This document shows positions 52,960-64,000 of a stretch of 64,000 bases of DNA, one piece after another; position 1 is the stretch's first letter; every line of letters begins with the position of its first letter. The notes beneath the pieces are model-generated. The model saw only the letters and a program-made list of their open reading frames with translations. It had not been told where the DNA came from and ran no database searches. Both the position numbers and the translations under genes were made by a program. This DNA comes from Tubiluchus corallicola (lineage: Eukaryota > Animalia > Priapulida). The DNA lies in NCBI GenBank assembly GCA_030141605.1, contig JAQGDQ010000078.1, positions 642,835 to 706,834 on the forward strand. The letters run 5' to 3'.

Positions 52960-53530
52960 GAAAGTCATTATTATTGGAAGAGGATGCTAAATTGTTCAGA
53001 AAAGTAACTGAGCCAAGACATCCACTTCGTAATCGGCTGCCACCAAAAAGAAAAACGGAAAGTATTAGATGCAGAAAATGTTTGTTTTCTAGACCCAAAT
53101 TAAAGGCAAAAAAGGTCAACTAATGCTTTTATAAATAGAAGTATTTTTATTGAAGGTTACTATTAATATTTTATCTTTTACTGTTCTTTTTTGGTTTTAT
53201 TTTCATTTTAAATTTATTTAATACAAAAATTTTACTCTGTTTTATATACATTTTAATACCTAAGGATTTGTCTTAATTAAAGTTTTTATATGATGTATTG
53301 TAAGTTTATTAGCAGCTGTATTTTAAATTGAAATGTAAATTAGCTTGTTTAAATATAATTCTCAGTTTATACTAATAACTTCTTAATTGTAAAGTACTTG
53401 TGCAAATGGAAACTTTTTTTATAAAAATAAAAGACCTTTACTTGCTTGCCTACTTACTTTGATTACTTACTATATAAAAGACCTTTACTTGCTTACTTGT
53501 TTGCTAGCTTGCAACTTACTTACTTAATTA
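52960..53530 (+). mobile_element. Probable LINE 3' end with (TTAC)n-like tail
   Basis: KSLLLEEDAKLFRKVTEPRHPLRNRLPPKRK resembles non-LTR ORF2 C-termini (HPLxxxLP); AATAAA then tacttgctt/tactta repeats; similar 3'UTR at ~11850-12020. Confidence 0.5.
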
Positions 53531-54129
53531 CTCATGGTTGCACATCAACCACACAGTTATGAAACTGTCAAACTGGCAAGTGATTTAGTCAGTGTTGGAA
53601 TTAATCCAGGGTAGTTTGCATTTGAGTAACAACTTGTTGTTTTACATTACATCAACATTTTCACTGTTTCACAATTTCTCAGTTTCTGCTTTACGAGCAA
53701 AATTTACTGCAGTAGAGGAGTATAAAACATGGATCATAATGCCATATATATTATAACTGTATTTGTTAAACTAGCCAATTTATTTTTGATGGATTATTAG
53801 AATAAAACCCGTAATGAATGAAGTAGGAAAATTGTGCAAGTTTACAAAATTTCAAAATGTGGGTAATTTTTCAGATGATAAATTGAGACAATTATAACAT
53901 TGAGCAACTAAATGTTGACATTAAAAATGTAACAGGTAAGTTCTGTTACAAAAGAGATTGGACATAGCACGTGTCTTGCACAGTGAGTCCATGTTAATAC
54001 GCATAATAAATGAAATAAGCATTAAACAATATTCACATTCTTGTCACATTAAATGCTGTCAATTTTACTAATTTTACAGGAATTAATCTCACGTATACAA
54101 GTAGTTACGTAACAATAAACAAAACTTGA

Positions 54130-54433
54130 AATAAAAATAACAGCCAGCACCCACTTAAGCAAAGGCATGGCTTTTATTCAGATACAACATCTGCAACGTT
54201 TCGACTCAGCTAAGGTTCAGGGAACAATCCACCTAAACAAAAATACAGTAACATGACTTTAAGTTTAAAAATTTAGTATTTGTCTTGTTTGCTTGTCACA
54301 ATGTTAATTTTTGTATTTTTTTGTACTGTATATTTATATTTACGTGGACCTCAACCATGTCAAATCATTGCAGATGTTGTGTCTGAATAAATGCCAAGTC
54401 TTGCTTAAGTAGGTGCTGGCTGTTACTTTTATT
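54130..54433. mobile_element. Second Penelope-like inverted repeat, decayed
   Basis: Arms 54130-54196 and 54368-54433 are reverse complements; the left arm on - reads gtcGAAACGTTgcag...AATAAA. Confidence 0.65.
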
Positions 54434-54784
54434 ATAAGAATTCATTTTCCCCATCACCACAAAGTTTAAACAACACTTGTAGACACAGAGTCTTTACTAT
54501 AAGGTTGACTAAACATTTCCCAGTTAATTGCTTTTGTATTAACTTCTGTTCCAGGATTTTTGCTTTCTTTACAAAGACAAGTGCTGCAAATTTAATAAGA
54601 ATATCAATAGACACTACCAAAGTCGTATAAAACTACCCACTAATAATCAATAATGCCGAACATCACACATAGTAGCTTATTTGCGCAAAAACTAATGCAT
54701 GTCGCAACAAAAAGATGAATCGTTTTACACGTTGAGCACTCAAAACTGGCCAAATGACTGAGAAAATAAAAAAATACTGCACAC

Positions 54785-54831
54785 GCATACACACGCGCAC
54801 GCACGCACGCACACACACACACACACACACG
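54785..54831 (+). repeat. (CA)/(CACG) microsatellite
   Basis: Direct observation. Confidence 0.9.
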
Positions 54832-57023
54832 TATATGTAATACCCATTTACATAGTACATAACGTATCGCTTCAGCTAACAATATTTACACTGAGCTCGA
54901 GCTCCACTTACGACAATTTAATTCACAAAAGTAATCAGGAAAATGATATACTTTGTACCAAACAGCACGCGTCATGACAGCTTAATGGACGATGCCACAT
55001 TATCCGTTATACACCACTTTGCCTATGCTTTGTATTTCCTAATGTAACGTCCCCTGCTGAAGCATTATCGCCATAGAGTTTTGGTAAAACTTGGTGGTGA
55101 ATGTCGCCAATGGCAGAGTAAGTTTTCAGAAAATACTTAATTAATTAAACATTCATGTCATAAAAAAGTGTTGTAATGCAGATTTATATTGGTTTGCTGG
55201 TTTAAGAAACACTATGTCATGTGTTAAAAAAGAATTTATGTTCTCCCATGTACTATTTATTATTTATTACTCTTATTCTTTATTTATTATACTGTTCGAT
55301 AATAACATAAGAAACTTTTTTTAAACATTTATAATGTTCAGACATAATGCCATAAATATAATATAGATTCTACATTGATGATATCTGAGCCGAAGCTTGT
55401 ACGATCACACATATTTAAAGTGGAATGCAAACTAACTGAGGATCAAATTTCCAATGTACCTCGGGCCGTGCTACTTGAAATACAATAGAAGCAAGAGATT
55501 TCTCTTTTGTAACATGACTGAATTAAAAGAAATTTTAACATTTATTTAGGGGGCTAATAATTGTCATCTCTGTCTCTTTATTGTTTTGTTTTGTTTTTTC
55601 ATTGTATAATGTTGTCTGTAATGTATTGCAAATATTAATAACACTGTTTAGTGTAATTTAGTTTGTGTGAAACTTATTTTGAAACCAACTTCTCAAAATG
55701 CACTATCAAAATTAGTCTGTGTTAGACTAATTTTTCACACAGACTAATTTCATAGAATTTTTTCACTCCAATATGAAGAGTTTATTTCCAATGAAATTCA
55801 AGTGACAGTAACAATGTTTTGCTTTTTAATCGGAATCTTTTTCAGCAGGCTCAGCCATCTGCATGCAGCACCAGGCCCAGTACGTATCATTGCCTTCCTT
55901 CGTCTTGTCAAGCATTTACTGATTGTAAAGAGTCGGCTGCCAGATTGCATAAACCTTTGTTTCAACACTGCACTAATTAGATGCCGGAAAAAGACACAAA
56001 AAGTACACTTTAAAATTAGTCTGTGTGAGTGTTTTTCCGCACAGACTAACTACACCAGACAGATTTGTAAATGGTACTAATGTACTGTGTAACTGTAATG
56101 TATTAATGTAGATTTTCATGTATGAATAAATAATAAATAATAGTAAAGGTATGCTGTAGGGAGAAGATAAAATTTATGAAACTAAATTTTGAATCCAAAA
56201 ATCACTGGCTCAAATCCAAGCACAGAAACGACTTTTTCACATTATCTTCCTTTCGGTCAAATTCGGTTTAAAAAATTAACGAATTCCATATTAACCCATA
56301 ATCTTCAAATTAAGATACAGATAATTAACGAGCTAGATGTTATTTGAAAAATACTGCCATTATGGCACGTTTTCTTTTTGGAAGCAAACTACATTTGCCA
56401 AAAATGCTTCTAAAAAACTGTTTGCTTCTTCAAGCGATGCTCACATTAAATCTTTACTCCTTTTAATTGAATACATTTGTGCACACTAACAACATCATCG
56501 TTATATTTCCCCAGTCATAAATAAAATGCTGTGATATACTAGAACTTATCCTGTTGACTAAAATTCATCATCCAGTTTTACAAATCTCCGTCTCAAGAGG
56601 AATCAAAGTTAACCAAACTAACTGACAGCGTTATTTTGTTAAAGTTTTCCGGATGCTTGTATTTCGACAGTAATAACAGATGGATAATTGTCTCATGCAT
56701 ATATGAGATTTTAAGCTTTGACAGTCCATTGTGAGATCGACGATTGTTATTAAATAGAAGTGGAAAGAATCAGATTAAAATGTAATTGAAACTAGATTGA
56801 AATCAGGCAAGCGTACATGTAACAAGAGAAGCTGATGCACTCCTAAGGTGCAGTTGAGTCAACTTAAATTTCTTAACATGAACTGAGATACTGTACATTT
56901 TGTTAGGCTAAATCAGTAGTTATCAGACAGCCACACAAAGAAATTAAGTCAGAAAATGAAATTTTTTACATATCATTAAAATTCATAATTTTCAGACTAC
57001 AACAACTTTAATGTATTATCTTA

Positions 57024-57592
57024 AGCCAGGGTTTCATGGAGCTGTGACTTTTTTGTGACGAAAGAAAATTTTCTAAACTCAGCTAAAAATTGCCGCAACT
57101 GAACTTGTCGCAAATCATTCCTGCGAGGCTCTAAGTTCACGACAATTTTATACAATTTTCATGGAATGAAGTGCGGGACATCAGGTTCTCCAAAATGTGG
57201 CCAAAATGTGGAAAGATAGTTGCAAAGTAGTTGCAGCATTCTCAAAATCGTCTCAAAGTATTCTCCAAGTTTTTGCAAATTCTGAAATTGTTGAAGAACA
57301 TCACAAATAATTGCCAACACAGTTGCACAGGTTTGGTGCATGTGCAGACAAGTTTATGACATTAAGGCACAACTTGATGAAGCTTTGTGGAAGTGGTGAG
57401 TTTTGCGACTCTGTCGACAAACTTTAAACATTTCAAAATAATTTGGCGAAGCCAGCGACATCTTGGCAATAACAGAAAACACCTGCAAATGTTTTACGAC
57501 AATGTAGGGAACTTTTTGGAGCATTTTTGGTGAGTGTTGGACTTGGAATTTTTGGACAGTTGCAGAAGACAGGAATCCAGTGAACACTAGCT
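57024..57592. mobile_element. PIF/Harbinger-like MITE, decayed
   Basis: Imperfect TIR agccagggtttcatgg / ccagtgaacactagct; preceded by TAA; internal gttgca/tcgca repeats. Confidence 0.55.
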
Positions 57593-57735
57593 CTGCACAC
57601 TGGATTAATGCTTTTAAAGCACATATGTGAAGTAGATTTGAATTAGAAGTGGATTTATTGACACGATGGTGCACCAAAGAATCAAGAGCTAGATCAAAAT
57701 TGTTAAACTCTAATTATACTTTCAGCTGATGTCTT

Positions 57736-57825
57736 AGACAGAAGTGTACGTAAAGTCAAAACAGCACAGTCGTTAATTTTAGACAGAAGTGTACGTAAAG
57801 TCAAAACAGCACAGTCGTTAATTTT
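57736..57825 (+). repeat. Exact 45-bp tandem duplication
   Basis: agacagaagtgtacgtaaagtcaaaacagcacagtcgttaatttt occurs twice. Confidence 0.97.
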
Positions 57826-57917
57826 TATATAATACAAAAACGTAGTTCTTATGTAGCACTAAATAATCGGCCTGTCACTTTCTTGCTAATTCATTGTCAT
57901 TTTTTCAGTTTACTTAC

Positions 57918-57994
57918 CTAGGTCCTGGCTTTGGCTTTTTCCCAGCTTTCAACTCACCCAATATGTCTTCTACGTCTTTAACAGCTAGATCCTC
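57918..57994 (-). CDS. NDUFV2: NADH:ubiquinone oxidoreductase 24-kDa subunit, penultimate exon
   Basis: Minus acceptor cttttattcgtag and donor AG|gtaagt; 77 nt; EDLAVKDVEDILGELKAGKKPKPGP(R); joins 40759 in phase 2. Earlier exons were not found and presumably lie beyond 64000. Confidence 0.95.
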
Positions 57995-58525
57995 CTACGA
58001 ATAAAAGCAGTACTAATTTCATGTATCATGATTTTTATCTAGCAAGTTTGAATGCAGTGGTGAGAAAATAAAGCAATAGTTCCCATATTGATGAAGAAGA
58101 ACGCTAAATATCTGTAATTAAAACTTAATTTTTCAGTAAATTCAATAAACAATATCACCATTTTGATAGAATGTGAAATATAAGCTAATGTTGGCTACAT
58201 GTACTATACAGAATCTAGCCGTAAAAGTAGCATAAGCAGTTTTAAAAATGTTATCCAGGTCTCTTAAAATAAATAGAATTATACAACTTTTATTAGTCTT
58301 TATTGTAAATCAGAAATAAATAAATCTCAATTTCTTATTCTACATTAATGTAAAAATAATAAGAACAAAAAAATTAGTTTCTTAATAAAAAATTCATCAG
58401 TAGATTTTACTAATAACCAAGTAATTTCAGCAGCATTAGAATTACAAATAATATTAATATAGTATTATTATTATTATTATCTCTGCAAATAGAGGAACTC
58501 TATATTGTACATAGTTTTTATAAAA

Positions 58526-58527
58526 TA

Positions 58528-58562
<35 letters not shown>

Positions 58563-58628
58563 CAACAACAACAACAACAACAATAATAATAATAAAAATA
58601 ATAACAATAAGAATGACAACAACAACAA
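58526..58628 (+). repeat. (AAT)n/(AAC)n compound microsatellite
   Basis: Direct observation. Confidence 0.92.
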
Positions 58629-58944
58629 TTGCTATACTATAATTAGCAGAGTAAATGATACCAAGGTTTACCTTTAATATTAGGCTGTCAAACATAGTAA
58701 TTAGTTTAGCATATAAAGCCTACATAATTATTTTGTAGAAAGCTAGAGCAGGTGCACAACTGTCGTTTATCACTTGCGCACTTAAAAGTGCTGTAATTTT
58801 AGGGATGACAGACAACTAAGAGCTGTAAACTGCTTGTCAGAAAAGCAATAAAGATGCTGTGTTGGCAATGCTGATATGAGGCAAATGTGTCGGGAATCTT
58901 ACCATTGGTTTTACATCACAAGCAGTTCCCCCTGTTGCTGGCTA

Positions 58945-59325
58945 GAGCTGTATTGCCTTATAGGCTAGTACAGATTGCAGCCTAGGGCACCTCATGTTTG
59001 GGGGGGGGGCATACTTTGCAGTGCTGACTTTAAAAAAGGAGGTCAGTAAGTCTGAAAATTCAATTTTAAAGCGACTCCCCATTTGAGATAAAGGATCTCT
59101 GTTTGAGGCCTTTCATTTAAGAAAAAGGGCCCTTGTTTGAGGCCCTTTATTTGAGACAAAGGCCCTTCTTTGAAGACCTTTATTTCAAATATTAAAGCCC
59201 CAGCTATGCAAATGTTGCTGGAGTACATCACAAGTAAAAAATATTCGAGACGAGTGTGAAGAAATTAGAGGTGGCCACATAATTTCAATAGCCTAAGGGC
59301 CCCCAAAATTCATAATCCAAGACTG
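58945..59325. mobile_element. Decayed hAT-like MITE with ends related to the 49934-50308 family
   Basis: tataggctagta...gcagcctagggc start and agcctaagggccccc...cataatcc end; internal gaggcccttt repeats. Confidence 0.55.
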
Positions 59326-61521
59326 GTAGCAACACACCACAGTCATCAAATTTGTGCAATCAATAGTAAAAACTAGAACCCTTCAGATAGAATTTTGCTT
59401 TTTTAATGCAAAATATAAATGGCAGATTACAAGTTTCATTGAATTTAACATAAGAAAAATCGCAAATAAACAAATAACAGGTAAAAAGGTGATTTTTTGA
59501 ACATTCCTTTGCTAATAACTCTATAAGGCCATTCATTTCCCTGTGATGCTGATCTGCCGTTCATGTAATATAAAACTTTGCCTTTGTAAGACAAACAACA
59601 TGTGCTAAATTCCACATATTTGGATTCCACTGTGACTAAACACGTATCTGTAATAGCTAGCTGTCAATAGCTAGCTTATTTCCATCACTTCAGCCAGGTT
59701 CTTATATCGTCTTGATTGCCAAATCTTGAAGCACTTTTCGAAAAACTTATTTCGACAATTAAGTGATGTTTCAATAGGACAAATTGTTTGAGCAGATGAT
59801 CTCAATAACTGCACATTACTGTTTTCTAATGATATGCAGATGCTTTCAAAAGTTATAATAATGACTCTCACAAGACCAAAGTTGAAGAGGCGATGATCAG
59901 AATGAGTGAGAGAGATGGAAAGAGAAAGGAGGCGTAAGAGAAAGAGAGAAAAAAGAATGAGTGAGAGATATAGAAACAGGGAAAAGAGAGAAGGAGAAAG
60001 GGAGGCAGGGACGAAAGAGAGGGACAGAGAAAGAGCAAAAAGAGTGTTAATTTAAAAGTGTCTTGACACACACACTGTTGATGTCTTGGGTGAGTATTTT
60101 TTGTGTGACAAAAATTGGTTTTCTTAGGATGTTGATTGTTACAGATAATAGATTTTAGAAAAGGAAGTACAGTACAACAGTAATGCGATTAATGTAGTCA
60201 CTGTCCATCTATCTGTCTGCATAACAATAATAAGAAGTAATCAATACATGTGCAACACAGCAAATGACAATCTGCTAAAACAGTGAAAAGAAAAACCCTG
60301 GATGGAACACACAGGACAGCAAGGCTTCAGTAGACGTTGTTTCTCATCTAGTTTACATGAACAATATTTCTATGCCTCCAAACTTTGTTAGTATCAATAC
60401 GATTCATATTGACAAATGCAAAAAACTACACTTTCATCTGTTCACATTTGCAGAAAGCCTGCAAATAGTGCATTAATAATGCATTTGTCAACGCATCTAT
60501 AACCCTCCAGGGTTTAATTATGAATAGATGGAAAAACAGTAGAATGGAGATGGTTTAAGGCTGAAAGTGGCTAATAAAGAGCAATTATAGCCCAGCAACC
60601 TACAGCAGACAACAAGCTGCAGCGAGTAATTAAACTAATTAACAACCACAAATTTATTACAGTAAAATTGCAATTAAAAATTCAGATTAGTCCTGATGAA
60701 CACACTTAATTACATTCATCTTTTAAGCCATCAACGGGTAAAATTAATAATTTTTTGTAGTAATGCCAATTTTAAAAACAATTTGAGGTCAATTAGATAT
60801 GCAAAAACATTATGGCTTGGCATGTTCAGCTACATATAAGTAATTGTCATCAAATGCTATTATGAAAATAAAAGAAGCACAAAAGGTTAATTTAGTAGGT
60901 ACAAATAAGTTGTGAAACTGAACATGAGGAATTCAGTCAAGAAAGTTATCTACGTTAACTATAAAAAATCTTTTGTGATGTGTTGTTGCTTAAAAATAAC
61001 CATCAGATTTCATCCTAGCGGAATTGAGACTCTCCCAAACGATGCAGCAATTAGATTACTCCTATCCGGAATCTGTAATTATTTCTCCATACAGCACTTT
61101 TACTAGCCGTAGACACAGATGACATTACGAATCAGCATCATACTGAAGATGCTTTGCTCAAATCCCCCCGCAGAGATTTGTTCAAACTGTTTGCTAATGT
61201 TATGACTGAACGAGGATAATTGGGAGAGAAGCAGCAAACGAATCAGAGATGCCAGCTTCCCATTCTGCAATTTTATTAACAAAACGGTGCCTGACTACAG
61301 TAATTTTCACAAGAAGCCAAAAAATTGGAAGATTCAACATATTTTTTAGTCATGGCTTTAGGGAACTTCTACATGACATAGTAAATAGCAGGCTAATAAC
61401 AGTTAATAGTAGTTTTAAGTACATGTTTGCAGTGCATTCCAAGATTATTTTTAATGATCGTACATATATAATTAAATTTCGATGCCAACCTTGAAAGACA
61501 AGAAATGTGAAAAAGTTGGAA

Positions 61522-61596
61522 TACAGCCTGGATTTGAACCAGGAACCTTCTGATTACAAGGCAAATGCTTTGATTATTAGGTGTAAGCCGATGCCC
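61522..61596 (-). pseudogene. tRNA-derived SINE head or tRNA pseudogene
   Basis: Minus strand has a perfect T-arm cctgg-ttcaaat-ccagg preceded by cttgtaa; D-arm and acceptor stem are degenerate. Confidence 0.55.
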
Positions 61597-62497
61597 TAGT
61601 AACAACATGCAAGTTGATGCTTTATAATATTCATTTGGAAGACAGGTATGTTGCATGCACTTCATTTATTCTTTATGAGACCCTCACATACTAGCGACAT
61701 TAATGCTACATTACCTGGGATTATTATTAAAGTATGAAGAGACAGGTGCAATGTAATAATTATACAAAGCAGGCCAACAGGCACCAGTTGACACGCATAA
61801 TACAATCAATAGAACAAAGTGGAATATACTTCAATATGAACAGGCGTTTCAATTTTTGCACACTTTCAGGGTTACCGTGCAAGAACAATAAACAGAACAA
61901 ATTTTGCATATTAAATTTAATAACCACTGTTGTGCAGTATGGATTTTCAGAATCAAATTATGACGTTTGTATTCACAAGGGGCATTGTTAAGCAAGCATA
62001 GAGCAAGCCAGGCTTATCTTTCCTCTTTCATTCGTACGGCATTACATCATTTTATGCGATTCTCAGAAGATTCAACTGCATTATTGTTATTCCGAGCAAT
62101 ATTTCGCAATATTTCCACTGCAAGGCATTGTAGAATAGAGTTGCTAACTTCGCCACATAGTTATCTTACAGAGTTTAAGCTACAAATGAATTGCACAGAC
62201 GAAATTTTACAGCTAATATCATCAGCAAAAGATGCTACAATATATTAACCCAAAGTAAGATATGTGAGCAACATAAGAGATCCACATCTTGATTATAATT
62301 AATCGCTAGTGACAAAAATCTTTCAGAATTTAGTCTTAACAGGCATTAGCTTGGCTGCTTCTCAGAATTACGAAATAAAAGAATGAAGACCTGAGTATTA
62401 GAGGAGCAATTTGCATTTTATAATAAATTTCTTTAAAAAATGAGTCCACAGATTTTCAGAATGATACCATTTACAATGCTTTATCATTACTTGGTTG

Positions 62498-62759
62498 CAA
62501 GGCCAGATTATTCTACAGGCTATTATAAGCTGAAGCCGAGGGTGCCTCAAGCTTTGGTAACATTTGGTAAAAAATCTGTTTTTTCACTATGGTTGTGTTG
62601 AAATATGTGCTGATTTGATAGTGAAACAGTAATAATTCTTAAACAATATTTCTATTAGCAAACAAAAAATGGAATTTGCAATAAGTTTACTTCAAGCTAT
62701 ATAAATGTCGCCAAAATGACTCCACCTGAGGGGACCCAAAAGGTCATAATCCGGTCCTG
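62498..62759. mobile_element. hAT-like MITE, inverted copy of the 49934-50308 family
   Basis: TIR caaggccagatta / taatccggtcctg; internal aatctgttttttcactatggttgtgttgaaatatgtgct is the reverse complement of ~50178-50217. Confidence 0.82.
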
Positions 62760-62813
62760 CCAGCTTCTTACTTCAATAAACTCATATACTTGGCCAATGA
62801 ACCAAAGAAGTTT

Positions 62814-62960
62814 CTAGCTTAAATCAAAACTCGATGCCAATTTTCCAATTTCCTTCCTTGCAGTCAAGTTTGGCTTCAGAAATTCAATAATTACAAGTTC
62901 ACTCCTCATTAAGTATTTTAAGTCTCTGGCATGGCTCACCCGGGAATCAAAGTATGCTAC
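62814..62960 (-). pseudogene. Possible Penelope GIY-YIG endonuclease C-terminal remnant
   Basis: FDSRVSHARDLKYLMRSELVIIEFLKPNL resembles the L-xxx-E-xx-xI-xxx-KPxL(N) end of PLE GIY-YIG domains. Confidence 0.4.
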
Positions 62961-64000
62961 TGCTAAGCTAGGTAATACACTAGGTAATACAAACATGTTA
63001 CAATACAAAGTTACAATTACAAACTTCAGTTCATGCCGGGAATAGCTCTCAAATGTTATAGGATACCTAATATCCACTTTTTAATGATTTTAGTCATGGC
63101 AAAGTCACAATAATGGATTCCTGTTTCTTTTTAATTAAATTCACTAAAGCAATTCGCTTGCCGAAAATGGCATCACATTTTCCTTACTTATGGAACCTTG
63201 CTCCATCTAGTGAGTGGATAGGAAAAAAACAGTAACTGTCAGTTAAGCAATTAAATAACACTCATTTCTCTACGAAGTGAGAACTTTTCTCTGACTCTTC
63301 TTGTAATTAGTAAGAGTAGAAGATTAACTGAGCATCATAAGACATGAACTCAATGTGTGACACTGATAGATTAACAAAAAAAAAACAAACAACAGCAATG
63401 ATATTAATGTCCATTTGAAAAGAAGTACATTTTAGTATCTAGATCTATCCTTGCATTTAAAGTTGAATAAAACTGCCCTGCTAGTATAAAGCACCAGTTA
63501 CAAAACATAAAATCCATATTTATGTTTATGAATGTGCGAAATGCTAAGTTTCATAGCATTTAAATAGAGCAGCTAGTTTATTTTACTAGTAATTCACAAA
63601 CTTAGCAAAAATATTTCTTCTCCAAGAATTTATCTTAGATGTATATGAGAATCTCAATTGTGACCCACACAAAATGTTTGCAATTGTATTATGTATACCA
63701 GCATAAAAAAATTGAATTATAATTCAAATTTAGAATTAATGCAATTGTAGAGAATTTTATATTTGATTTAAATGATGTACTTACTGTATAATTCTCTTTC
63801 AGAGACTTTGAATATACCTTTTATTTGTTTATTTGTCAATTTGATTTGTTGATCATTTTTTATTACTAGTTCACCAGTGTGGATAATTCTATGGATTTCT
63901 TTTAGCACAAACAAAGTCAAGGAATATAAATTAAATACTGCCTTAAAACAAGTTTAATCTTATCTATGTCACCTTTGAGTACCAGAGGGAAAATACTAAA

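Noticed and set aside
53884-53886. In-frame TGA as selenocysteine
   Set aside because: No redox-motif context and no SECIS recognised; the gene model itself is unproven.
62195-62235. CUGAUGA on the - strand as a hammerhead
   Set aside because: No GAAA after a stem II and no stem I pairing.

Overview
AT-rich, intron-rich eukaryotic (invertebrate metazoan-like) genomic DNA, not prokaryotic. I assembled three spliced protein-coding genes by hand from GT-AG boundaries and reading phase. (1) The last four coding exons and 3'UTR of an unidentified + strand gene with a Pro/Gln/Gly/Tyr/Ser-rich C-terminus (823-5587). (2) A complete 11-exon + strand calbindin-32/calretinin-family hexa-EF-hand gene (CDS 10145-38955, 906 nt, 301 aa). 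(3) The last two exons of NDUFV2 (complex I 24-kDa subunit) on the - strand (57918-57994 and 40666-40759), separated by a ~17 kb intron and lying tail-to-tail with the calbindin gene. Introns hold many transposon relics: a 5'-truncated LINE RT nested in a small inverted-repeat element, L2/CR1 3' ends, hAT, PIF/Harbinger and Tigger-like pieces, SINE-like heads, and micro- and minisatellites. The most notable unexplained signals are a TSD-flanked inverted-repeat insertion carrying two Penelope-type minimal hammerhead ribozyme motifs (44910-45208), a chain of + strand exon-like segments antisense to NDUFV2 that may be a nested micro-exon gene or pseudogene, and an X-box-rich fold-back element next to the last calbindin exon. 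Most ORFs in the supplied track are spurious. No database search was run, so family assignments rest on recalled motifs.
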